Shown here piece after piece: positions 34,866-43,216 of a DNA stretch of 43,842 nucleotides. The notes under the pieces were generated by a model, which saw nothing but the letters and a program-made list of their open reading frames with translations, was not told where the DNA came from and made no database searches. Numbering within the stretch: position 1 is the stretch's first letter; every line of letters begins with the position of its first letter. Source of the DNA: an uncultured Gammaproteobacteria bacterium (GTDB lineage: Bacteria > Patescibacteriota > Patescibacteriia > Patescibacteriales > UBA12465); assembly GCA_964437025.1 (NCBI GenBank), contig CAYTEZ010000003.1:1-43842 (forward strand). The letters are read 5' to 3'. Position numbers and translations under genes: made by a program.

Positions 34866-35786
34866 ATGATTTATGATTTAATTATTATTGGAGCTGGTCC
34901 AGCTGGTATTACGGCTTCAATTTATGCCTCTCGTTTTAAAATTAAACATTTAGTTATTGGTGAAGTTCCTGGTGGACTTATTACTGAAGCTCATAGTGTT
35001 TGTAATTTTCCCGGGGAGAATAAAATTAATGGCTTTGATCTAATGCAAAAGATGCAAGGTCACGCTAAGGAATTGGGAATGGAAATTAAAGAAATGGAAA
35101 AAATTGTAGAAATTAAAAAAGAAGGCGAGGAATTTTCTTTAAAAACTGAATCCGGACAAAACTTTTTAGCCAAAAATATTTTATTAGCTACTGGAACTAA
35201 ACGTCGAAAGTTAGGCTTAGTGGAAGAAGATAAATATTTAGGTAAAGGTTTAGCTTATTGTGCTACCTGTGATGCTATGTTTTTTAAGGATAAAATAGTG
35301 GGTGTAGTGGGTGGCGGAAATAGTGCCATGACAGCAGCTTTGTATTTAGCTGAAGTCGCCCAAAAAGTATATCTTCTAGTTAAAGGTGGTGAGGTCAATG
35401 GAGAAATGGTTTGGGCTGAACAAATAGAAAAGAATCCAAAAATTGAAGTTAAATACCAAACCGAAGTTATTAAATTAAAAGGGGATAATAAATTAGAGGG
35501 TATTGATTTAAAGAATAGTAATGCTGAAATTGAAGAGTTAACCCTCGATGGTTTATTTGTTGAAATTGGTACTCAACCTGAATTATCATTGTCAGCCCAA
35601 TTAGGTCTGGAAACTGAAAGAGGATACATTAAGGTTGATATAGCTCAAAAAACTAATGTTTTGGGCGTGTGGGCAGCGGGTGATATTACTACTAATTCTA
35701 ATTCTGTTCGTCAGGTTATTACAGCCTGTAGTGAAGGAGCAGTAGCTGCTCAAGATATTTTTACTGGTTTACAAAAGAATAAATAA
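34866..35786 (+). CDS. trxB: Thioredoxin reductase-like flavoprotein (CATC active site, lacks the HRRxxxR motif)
   Basis: DLIIIGAGPAGITAS FAD motif, AYCATCDA redox centre, GGGNSA second Rossmann motif, C-terminal GVWAAGD. ATG at 34866 is preferred over 34821, which overlaps gdh. Confidence 0.85.
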   Translation: MIYDLIIIGAGPAGITASIYASRFKIKHLVIGEVPGGLITEAHSVCNFPGENKINGFDLMQKMQGHAKELGMEIKEMEKIVEIKKEGEEFSLKTESGQNFLAKNILLATGTKRRKLGLVEEDKYLGKGLAYCATCDAMFFKDKIVGVVGGGNSAMTAALYLAEVAQKVYLLVKGGEVNGEMVWAEQIEKNPKIEVKYQTEVIKLKGDNKLEGIDLKNSNAEIEELTLDGLFVEIGTQPELSLSAQLGLETERGYIKVDIAQKTNVLGVWAAGDITTNSNSVRQVITACSEGAVAAQDIFTGLQKNK

Positions 35787-35811
35787 AATATTTGATAGAT
35801 TCATTTATAAC

Positions 35812-35843
35812 AAAAAAACATCGGATTGTCCGATGTTTTTTTG
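35812..35843. terminator. Bidirectional terminator between trxB and the SIMPL gene
   Basis: AAAAAAACATCGGA-TTG-TCCGATGTTTTTTTG. Confidence 0.85.
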
Positions 35844-35859
35844 TTTAGAGAATAATCTT

Positions 35860-36600
35860 TTATTTTACTTCGTAGGTTAGAGTTACATCAACTTTAATTT
35901 CGTTTTGTCCAGCTTGAATATCAGGTGCGCTTAAACCAGCTGCTTGATCGGCTGACTCTAACATAACTTTAGCATTAGAGTAGGCTAGGGGACTGATGAT
36001 AGGAGAAACGTCTTCATATACGCTTTTTACTTCTCCTAATTTCATACCAGATTGTTTAGCAATCATTTCTGCCTTTTCTTTAGCTTTAGTAATAGCTAAT
36101 TCTCTAGCTTGGTTTTTTAAAGCATATTCATCATCAATAGTGAAACTGATGTTTCCTATTTGGTTAGCTCCTTGTTCGGTTGTTTTGGAGATTACGTCTC
36201 CAATTTTATTTAGATCTCTTACCTTGATATCTAAAGTTTGAGTAACTTCATAACCAATCAATTCTTGCCCTTTGCTATTAGTCCAGTTATATACAGGACT
36301 TAAATTATAGTTAGAAGTCTTAATATCTTTTTCTTCGATTTCTAACTTGTTTAATTCGGCATTTATTTTATTCATTTTTTCTGTGCTTTCTTTAGTAGCT
36401 TCGGCTGCGGTTTTAAAAGTTTTAGTTCTAAGACCAACTTGAATGTTAGCAATATCAGCTTTAGCATAAACTGTTCCGGAACCAGTTACTGAGAAACGAT
36501 CTTGGTTGTTTGATCTTAGGGCCATAAAGACAGAAGTGATGGAAACGGCAGTTGTGGCTAGAATAATTAGAATGAAAATGATAATTTTTTCGTTCTTCAT
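35860..36600 (-). CDS. SIMPL-domain (DUF541, YggE-like) exported protein
   Basis: N-terminal TM/signal helix, GSGTVYAKADIANIQVGL start, and the SIMPL-family two-lobed pattern with C-terminal IKVDVTLTYEV. Confidence 0.75.
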   Translation of the reverse strand: MKNEKIIIFILIILATTAVSITSVFMALRSNNQDRFSVTGSGTVYAKADIANIQVGLRTKTFKTAAEATKESTEKMNKINAELNKLEIEEKDIKTSNYNLSPVYNWTNSKGQELIGYEVTQTLDIKVRDLNKIGDVISKTTEQGANQIGNISFTIDDEYALKNQARELAITKAKEKAEMIAKQSGMKLGEVKSVYEDVSPIISPLAYSNAKVMLESADQAAGLSAPDIQAGQNEIKVDVTLTYEVK

Positions 36601-36624
36601 ATAATTTTATTTATTATTTATTTT

Positions 36625-37629
36625 TTATTCTCCAAAACCATATCCTGGAGCAGTAGTTGAAAGTTCTTCTTGGCATTCTTCTGGAGCTGAATTAAAAGCT
36701 GAGCAGATAAGTTGTAATAAGCTATTAGCTGTTCTGTCAGCTGAAACGTTTTCACCATTGATGATTAAAGTTGGTGATCCTTCAACGCCATATTTTTCGT
36801 TATCAGCATCATAGATTGGGAATATTGGGTAAGTTTCACTTAACCAAGTCTTTTTGTCATTATAGCTTTCAGTGATTTTGTATTCCTTATCAGTAGCTTT
36901 AACACAGTCAGTTATTTTTTTGCTATCAATTCCATTTTCACTTAAACATTTAGCAGAATCTTCGCTAGCATCAAAACATTTTAGATAAGATAATAGTTTT
37001 CCAGATTCTTCTTTTTGAATACAATATTGATTTAATTGTTCATCTAGCTCTACTTTGTCATGCATGGAGTAGTTATTGAATTTTAAAGTAAAGTTTACTT
37101 TATCCTTTAATAATTCTAAAGCTGGAATTAAAGCTTTTTCCATTTGAGTTCCATAGGGACAATGACTCATAACAAATAATTCAATTTCTGGTTTATCACT
37201 TTTGCTAGTAACAGTACTAGCTTCGGTGGTGTCTCCGTTTAAATTATTTTCGTATTCAGCAATATCAATAGCTTGAGGGAAAAATAGTTCTCCGTCAGCG
37301 CTAATGTATGATTCAATTGGTTCTCCTTGGCCAATATTAACTGCTAATTTGTATAGACCATATTCTTTCTCGATAGAATCAATAGTAGCCTTAGTTCCGG
37401 GTGTCATCAGATTGTCATTGATAAAGCTTTCAGCTTTAGCTTTGGCTTCATCAATATTTAGAGTGTTAGGACGAGGGGCAAATTTGAAAATTAATATTCC
37501 TAGTAGAGCCAAAACTACAACGGAAATTAAAACAAAAATGATTTTCTTTTTGCCAATTTTTTTCATCATTTTTTTAAGTTTTTTTAGTTTTTTAACCTTA
37601 CTGGTTTCTAATTTTTTTTCTTCTTCCAT
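36625..37629 (-). CDS. Membrane-anchored thioredoxin-fold protein (DsbA-like, single-Cys CPYG motif)
   Basis: Lys-rich N-terminus plus TM helix. ELFVMSHCPYGTQMEKAL sits where a CxxC motif would be, and GSPTLIINGE resembles the cis-Pro loop region. Confidence 0.6.
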   Translation of the reverse strand: MEEEKKLETSKVKKLKKLKKMMKKIGKKKIIFVLISVVVLALLGILIFKFAPRPNTLNIDEAKAKAESFINDNLMTPGTKATIDSIEKEYGLYKLAVNIGQGEPIESYISADGELFFPQAIDIAEYENNLNGDTTEASTVTSKSDKPEIELFVMSHCPYGTQMEKALIPALELLKDKVNFTLKFNNYSMHDKVELDEQLNQYCIQKEESGKLLSYLKCFDASEDSAKCLSENGIDSKKITDCVKATDKEYKITESYNDKKTWLSETYPIFPIYDADNEKYGVEGSPTLIINGENVSADRTANSLLQLICSAFNSAPEECQEELSTTAPGYGFGE

Positions 37630-37680
37630 AGTTTTTAAACAATTAATATTAAAAGACTAGCCTTAATGACTAATGCTTAT

Positions 37681-37709
37681 ATTTTAACAATTTTTTAATA
37701 AATTAACAA
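37681..37709 (-). promoter_or_regulatory. Extended -10 promoter candidate for the thioredoxin-fold/SIMPL genes
   Basis: Minus strand reads TTGTTA (37709-37704), 17 nt ending in TGt, TAAAAT (37686-37681). Confidence 0.45.
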
Positions 37710-37716
37710 GTCAAGA

Positions 37717-38946
37717 CTAATGTTTCTTTTTTAAATAGAGAAGATAAGCTCCGGCGCTAATTAGAACAATAACGGCATAGCCTAGAAGTTTTTGGTATTT
37801 TTTCCTTTTTTGTATTTGCCAGAAGCTATCTGTGAGTAATACGCCCAGAGTTTCATTTTTCTTCTCCTCTAATGGAATTATATAATCGGGGTTAATTAGG
37901 GTTAATTTTAATTGGGAGTCGGTGTAATTTAATATTCCTGTAAGAGTAAAGCTAAAATTTTCACTTAAAGATTTACTAGAGATTTGAGTTCCGGGTTTTA
38001 TTTCAATTAATATTTCGTTTTCTCCATCGTCTAAATAAATTTCTTTTGTTTTGTTTTGGGTTATTTTTCCGCTCACTGTTTTTAATTGTCCAATTTGATT
38101 CCACTTAAGACTGGAAATCTTTTCAATCTCAGGTAAAGGAAGAGAATTGTTTTGCGAGATAATTTGGATATCAGATATCTCTTTGGTTTTAAGACGGTAG
38201 AAGTAAGAGTTTTGGGGACAAGAAATGTTTTCTGGACAAATTTCTTTAGTACTTAAGACGCCTGAAACTTTAACATAATCGCCTAATTTTAAATCGGGAA
38301 ACTTCTTTTGATAATTGTATATTTGCATGCCAGAAATTTCCTTTTTATCTTCGCTTGGAGTGTGGATATAGAAATACTGAGTGCCTAAAGTTTTTGGCAG
38401 AACACTAACTATACCAGTTACAGTTAGTGTATCATTTGTTTTTTTGGGCGTTGTTGAATCTGAGTTGGCAGAGTTTTTAATATTTATCTTTTGGTTTTTA
38501 GAGTTGTGTAAAATAACATTTCCATTAATAATAGAGGAATTATGTTGTAAGACTTGATTATTTTTTATATCTAATTTTATCTCAGCTATTTTGTCGTCTT
38601 TTATTAAAGCTAAATAATTTCCGCTAGAAAGAGAGGCTGAACTCGAATATGATAAGTCGCAAGAAATTAGTGGGCAAAATTCCGGTGTTGATAATAGGAA
38701 ATAACCTTGAGCTGGGATTAGACCTTTAAATTTTTTTTGTGAAACTAAGTTACTGGCGTTTCCAGTTTTGGTTTTTTTAATTAATTTATATTTACTTAAA
38801 TCAATTATTTCTTTGCTGGGATTATATAATTCCACAAATTCATTTCTCGCCTTTTCTTCTTGCCCTATCATTACCTGATTAATTATTATTTCCGGGGTAA
38901 TTAAAGTTGGAGTAATAGTTAAAAAAAATAAAGCCACTGGTAGCAT
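37717..38946 (-). CDS. Lamin-tail-domain (LTD) protein with OB-fold-like segments and a C-terminal TM anchor
   Basis: IIINQVM...NEFVELYNPSKEIIDLSKYKL is an LTD signature. TVTGIVSV...YFYIHT...LGDYVKVSGVLS looks like an OB-fold. Hydrophobic helix near the C-terminus. Confidence 0.65.
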   Translation of the reverse strand: MLPVALFFLTITPTLITPEIIINQVMIGQEEKARNEFVELYNPSKEIIDLSKYKLIKKTKTGNASNLVSQKKFKGLIPAQGYFLLSTPEFCPLISCDLSYSSSASLSSGNYLALIKDDKIAEIKLDIKNNQVLQHNSSIINGNVILHNSKNQKINIKNSANSDSTTPKKTNDTLTVTGIVSVLPKTLGTQYFYIHTPSEDKKEISGMQIYNYQKKFPDLKLGDYVKVSGVLSTKEICPENISCPQNSYFYRLKTKEISDIQIISQNNSLPLPEIEKISSLKWNQIGQLKTVSGKITQNKTKEIYLDDGENEILIEIKPGTQISSKSLSENFSFTLTGILNYTDSQLKLTLINPDYIIPLEEKKNETLGVLLTDSFWQIQKRKKYQKLLGYAVIVLISAGAYLLYLKKKH

Positions 38947-38997
38947 ATTTAATAGCTTAAATATTAGGGCTTTATTATAACAAAGAGATATTAAATT

Positions 38998-39771
38998 TTA
39001 TTTAACCTTTTTCAAAATTTCTTCTAAATCGGAATCTAGTTCTAAAGTAAATTCTTGAGCTTGTCCTTTAGGGTCGATAAAAGCTAATCTTCTAGCTTCT
39101 AAAAATATTCTTCCCGGATTAATTTTAGCATTTTTTACTTTGCTTTTTTTGTTACCATAAAGAGTGTCGCCTAAAAGAGGGTGTCCAAAGGCAGAAAAAT
39201 GAACTCTGATTTGGTGGGTGCGACCAGTTTTAATTTTTACCTTAACTAGAGTAAAGTTAATTAATTTTTTTATAACAGTGAATTCAGTAATTGCTTGACG
39301 AGATTTTTCTAAAGCTTTCACATTGCCTAAACCACGATTGGATAATTTTTCATTTTTTGTTTCACCAGTTTCATCTAGAGAAGAATAATCTTTAGGTCTA
39401 GGAATGGCTGCCATTTTGTGACCTTGGCTTGATCTTTTAATGGGGAAATCAATTAAACCTTCATCTTTTTCAATTTTTCCATAAGCCAAAGCAATATACT
39501 CTTTCTCAATTTTTCGGTTTTTAAATAAATCTTTAAAATATTCAAATGATTTATTATTTTTAGGAATAACCATTAAGCCGCTAGCTTCTTTATCTAAGCG
39601 ATGAACAATAGCCGGTCGGTCTGGATCTTCGCCAACATTTTTTAATTCGGGATATTTTTCTAATAGAAAATCGACCAAAGTTTTTTCTTTGATATGAGCT
39701 CCACCATGAACGGTTAGTCCAGCTGGTTTGTTTATTATCAGATAATCTTCGTTTTCGTAAATTATTTTCAT
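38998..39771 (-). CDS. RluA-family pseudouridine synthase (no S4 domain)
   Basis: HRLDKEASGLMV catalytic Asp motif and GRTHQIRVH motif. Confidence 0.9.
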   Translation of the reverse strand: MKIIYENEDYLIINKPAGLTVHGGAHIKEKTLVDFLLEKYPELKNVGEDPDRPAIVHRLDKEASGLMVIPKNNKSFEYFKDLFKNRKIEKEYIALAYGKIEKDEGLIDFPIKRSSQGHKMAAIPRPKDYSSLDETGETKNEKLSNRGLGNVKALEKSRQAITEFTVIKKLINFTLVKVKIKTGRTHQIRVHFSAFGHPLLGDTLYGNKKSKVKNAKINPGRIFLEARRLAFIDPKGQAQEFTLELDSDLEEILKKVK

Positions 39772-41207
39772 ATAGTTTTTCGACTAAACATTTTTAAGTC
39801 ATCTTTGCTAATTCCTTTAAATAAATATAGAAGGCAAAAGTATATTAGTATAGAAAAAATAATGACACTTAGCAAGAGGGGACCATTTTGATAGATAAAC
39901 CTAGGTAAAATGAACATAAAAGTGGCCATACCCAAGGAAGCTAAGAAAACAGGTTTTAATATTTTATAGTCTAATTTTATAGCTGTTAATTTTTTAGTAT
40001 AGAACAAAGAACCGATTAAAATAACTAAATTACTATAAACCGTGACCAAAGAAGCTCCCAGGTAGGAGAATTTAGGAATAAGGAGTAGGTATAAAATTAC
40101 CGAGGTAATAGCGGTAAATAAATAGAGACCGATAACCTTTTTTTGTTTATCAATGGCAATAATGACATGAGAAAAAATACAACTGATAAAAAGTAGGGCA
40201 ATAGATATCATTAAAATTTGCAAAGGTAATCCACCACCAGAGAAATCAGGTCCAGCAATTAATTTAATTACTTCAGTTGCAGTAAATTGAGCGCCAACGA
40301 TTAAGGGGATGGAGAGTATTATCATGAAGTCAAAAGATTTTTGAATTAATTTTTCAAAAAAGGCTAAGTTTTTGTTTAACCAATTTAAAGTAAAAAGAGG
40401 AAGCATTACTCCGGCAAACATATAGGGTATAGTTCCAATAACCTCAATAGTTCGGTAAGCGGCGCCATAAATACCAACATCAGTTATATCTTTAAATAAA
40501 GAGAGGGTAATAATATCTCCTTTTTGGTAAATTAAGTTTAAAATAATAGTTGTAGCTAGGGGCCAAGTTTTTCTTAATATTTTTTTCCAAACAGAAAAAT
40601 CAAATTGTAATTTTATCTGGGCTTCTTTTTTTCCAAAGAACCAATTTAAAAGAAAGCCAACGGCAGCACTAAAAACTGATGTCCAAAGTACTCCGTTTAA
40701 ACCACTATTAATTTTGATAGCAATAATCATGGCTATTAATAGAAATACTTTTCCTCCAACTTCAGCTATCATAGCTCTCTCCATTTTTAAAGTCTTTTGG
40801 AATAGGGCAATTAGTATTTGGTTTAAAGCGGGGAAGATATACGAGATGGTAGCAATAGCTACACCAACTTTAATTATGGGGCTGTAAGGGAAGAACAAAA
40901 CTATAACCGGAGCTAAGCCTAACAGAATTAAAGCTGATACTAGACGTAGAGAAAATAAATTACTTAAAACTTTATTCTGATTAACACTAGGATCGCTAAT
41001 CATTTGAGCGCTGATAAGAGTTAAACCTAAATCAGCCGACATGGCAAAAAATGAAACAAAATTAATAATAGTAGAGTATTCGCCAAAGCCAGTAGTTTTT
41101 AAATATCTAGTCATGATACCTAAACAAATAACACCCAGAAGAGTGGATAAGGCTTTGCCAATTATTTGAACAACAGTGTTATAGGCGATTTTTTGCTTTA
41201 ATTCCAT
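39768..41207 (-). CDS. MOP-superfamily flippase (Wzx/polysaccharide biosynthesis protein type)
   Basis: 479 aa, about 12-14 TM helices, with a Polysacc_synt-like N-terminus. Has a 4-nt overlap with the pseudouridine synthase gene. Confidence 0.7.
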   Translation of the reverse strand: MELKQKIAYNTVVQIIGKALSTLLGVICLGIMTRYLKTTGFGEYSTIINFVSFFAMSADLGLTLISAQMISDPSVNQNKVLSNLFSLRLVSALILLGLAPVIVLFFPYSPIIKVGVAIATISYIFPALNQILIALFQKTLKMERAMIAEVGGKVFLLIAMIIAIKINSGLNGVLWTSVFSAAVGFLLNWFFGKKEAQIKLQFDFSVWKKILRKTWPLATTIILNLIYQKGDIITLSLFKDITDVGIYGAAYRTIEVIGTIPYMFAGVMLPLFTLNWLNKNLAFFEKLIQKSFDFMIILSIPLIVGAQFTATEVIKLIAGPDFSGGGLPLQILMISIALLFISCIFSHVIIAIDKQKKVIGLYLFTAITSVILYLLLIPKFSYLGASLVTVYSNLVILIGSLFYTKKLTAIKLDYKILKPVFLASLGMATFMFILPRFIYQNGPLLLSVIIFSILIYFCLLYLFKGISKDDLKMFSRKTI

Positions 41208-41286
41208 TTGTTTGATATAATTAAGTTGAGAGTTTTAATCTTAAACTACTTAAAACTTTCAGTCAATAAAATATTATCATAAATTT

Positions 41287-41763
41287 ATGAAAAAAGCGAA
41301 AAATATTTTTTTCTTTCTCTTGTTAGCCTTAACTCTTAATTTTTTTGTAGCTGATAAAATTGTATTAGCGGAGCTAAGCGCTGGTGGAACTGATAGACCG
41401 CTCCAGGATTACGGAAGAGCCGGTTCTTGGGTTTCACAAATTGGAATGCCAGAAATTGGTGCCGAATTTGGCGAGGGCGACAATCCAGAAGATATTAGAT
41501 ATAAAGTAGTCAGAGTAATAAATCTAGCTTTAACCTTTTTGGGAATTATCTGTGTTGGACTAATAGTTTTTGCTGGTTTCAAATGGATGTTGGCTGCCGG
41601 CAATGAAGACCAAATAAAGTCAGCCCAAAAGATTTTAAAAAACACTGTTATCGGCTTGTTAATAATTTTAGTTTCCTGGTCTGTAACTATATTTATTATG
41701 TTACGTTTAAATTCTGTTTCTAAAGGTTATGATGATTATTTAGATCCCGTATATAGAGACTAG
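41287..41763 (+). CDS. TrbC/VirB2-like (type IV secretion pilin-like) small membrane protein
   Basis: Signal peptide followed by two TM helices flanking a polar loop: LGIICVGLIVFAGFKWMLAAGNEDQIKSAQKILKNTVIGLLIILVSW. Confidence 0.55.
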   Translation: MKKAKNIFFFLLLALTLNFFVADKIVLAELSAGGTDRPLQDYGRAGSWVSQIGMPEIGAEFGEGDNPEDIRYKVVRVINLALTFLGIICVGLIVFAGFKWMLAAGNEDQIKSAQKILKNTVIGLLIILVSWSVTIFIMLRLNSVSKGYDDYLDPVYRD

Positions 41764-41802
41764 TTGCTTTTTTTCTAATAATTTGCTAAGATATAGATAC
41801 TT

Positions 41803-41835
41803 AAAGCTAATTGATAATACAATTAGCTTTTAATT
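41803..41835 (+). terminator. Hairpin after the pilin-like gene
   Basis: AAAGCTAATTG-ATAATA-CAATTAGCTTT followed by TAATTT. 11-bp perfect stem. Confidence 0.6.
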
Positions 41836-41893
41836 TAGGATTTTGAAATAATTAAGATTATTTCGAAATTGTTAATAAAATAAAAATAAAATT

Positions 41894-43192
41894 ATGTCAG
41901 AATTAATAAGCGCCATCAAGCAGGTGTGCGAAGAAAAGAAGATCGAATACGATTTGGTGATTTCAGCTATTGAGGCTTCTTTAGCTGCTGCTTATCGTAA
42001 GGATTATGGTAACAAAATGCAAAACATCAAAGTAAATTTTAATCCAGAAACCGGTAAATCTAAAATTTGTGATGTTAAAACTGTGGTTGAAGATTTAACC
42101 GAAGAGGAACAAAAAGAATTAGAAGAGGCAGAAAAGAGACGAGAGTTAGGTTTAGAAAAAAGAGAAAGGGAGGATAATAAAAACAAAAGAGAAGAAGAAG
42201 TTAAGGAAGAGGAAGAAGGTGAAGCTGAAAGAAAATTTAATCCTAAAACTGATATTCAGTTGAAGGATGCTGTTTTAATTAAAAAGGATGCAAAAATTGG
42301 TGATGAAATTGTTTTTGACTTAGAAGAACCAGTTGGTTATGGTCGCATGGCTGCTCAAACTGCTAAACAAGTTATTATTCAAAAAATAAGAGAGATTGAA
42401 AAAGAAACAGTGTTTAATGAATTTAAAGATCAAGAAGGTATGGTTGTTAATGGTGTAGTGCAAAGAGTTGAAGGTCGTTTAGTTTTTGTTGATTTAGAAA
42501 AGGCTATTGGTATTTTACCAATGGAAGAACAAATCTATGGCGAGAGATATAATATTGGAAACAGAATTAAAGTTTATGTAAAAGAAGTTCGTTCAGGAAT
42601 TCGTGGAGCTGAAATTGTTTTATCTCGTCGTTCTGAAGAAATTGTTCGCCAAATCTTTACCATGGAAATTCCTGAAATAGCTAATGGTTTAGTCGAGATA
42701 AAAAACATTGCTCGTGAAGCTGGTTCTCGTTCTAAGGTAGCTATTTATTCTGAGGCAGAAAATATTGATCCAGTTGGTTCTTGTGTTGGTCAAAGAGGTG
42801 TTCGTATTCAGACTATTATTAATGAATTAGGTGGAGAAAAGGTTGATATTATTGAATACAGCGAAGATCCAGCTAAATATATTAGCAATGCTTTAGCTCC
42901 TGCTAAAATTATCAGTATTAATGTGGAGAAAGAGAATAAAAAAGCAGTAGTTAAAGTTTCAGAAGACAAATTATCTTTAGCTATTGGTAAGGCTGGACAA
43001 AATGTTAGATTAGCTGCTCGTTTAACTGGTTGGAAAATTGATATCATTGCTCAAGGAGTTGATGGTGAAATTATTAAGAGCGAAGATGTTTTAGAGGAGA
43101 CCGAAGAAGTTGTGGAAGAAGCTCCAGTTGTAGAGAAAAAGAAAACTGTCAAAAAAGAAAAAAAAGTAGTTGATAAAAAAAATAAAAAATAA
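41894..43192 (+). CDS. nusA: Transcription termination/antitermination factor NusA
   Basis: NTD, S1 domain (GMVVNGVVQRVEG), KH1/KH2 (PVGSCVGQRGVRIQ, AIGKAGQNVRLA). Charged insertion in the NTD and a Lys-rich tail. Confidence 0.95.
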   Translation: MSELISAIKQVCEEKKIEYDLVISAIEASLAAAYRKDYGNKMQNIKVNFNPETGKSKICDVKTVVEDLTEEEQKELEEAEKRRELGLEKREREDNKNKREEEVKEEEEGEAERKFNPKTDIQLKDAVLIKKDAKIGDEIVFDLEEPVGYGRMAAQTAKQVIIQKIREIEKETVFNEFKDQEGMVVNGVVQRVEGRLVFVDLEKAIGILPMEEQIYGERYNIGNRIKVYVKEVRSGIRGAEIVLSRRSEEIVRQIFTMEIPEIANGLVEIKNIAREAGSRSKVAIYSEAENIDPVGSCVGQRGVRIQTIINELGGEKVDIIEYSEDPAKYISNALAPAKIISINVEKENKKAVVKVSEDKLSLAIGKAGQNVRLAARLTGWKIDIIAQGVDGEIIKSEDVLEETEEVVEEAPVVEKKKTVKKEKKVVDKKNKK

Positions 43193-43216
43193 TTTTAAAA
43201 TTAATTTTAAAAAGGT

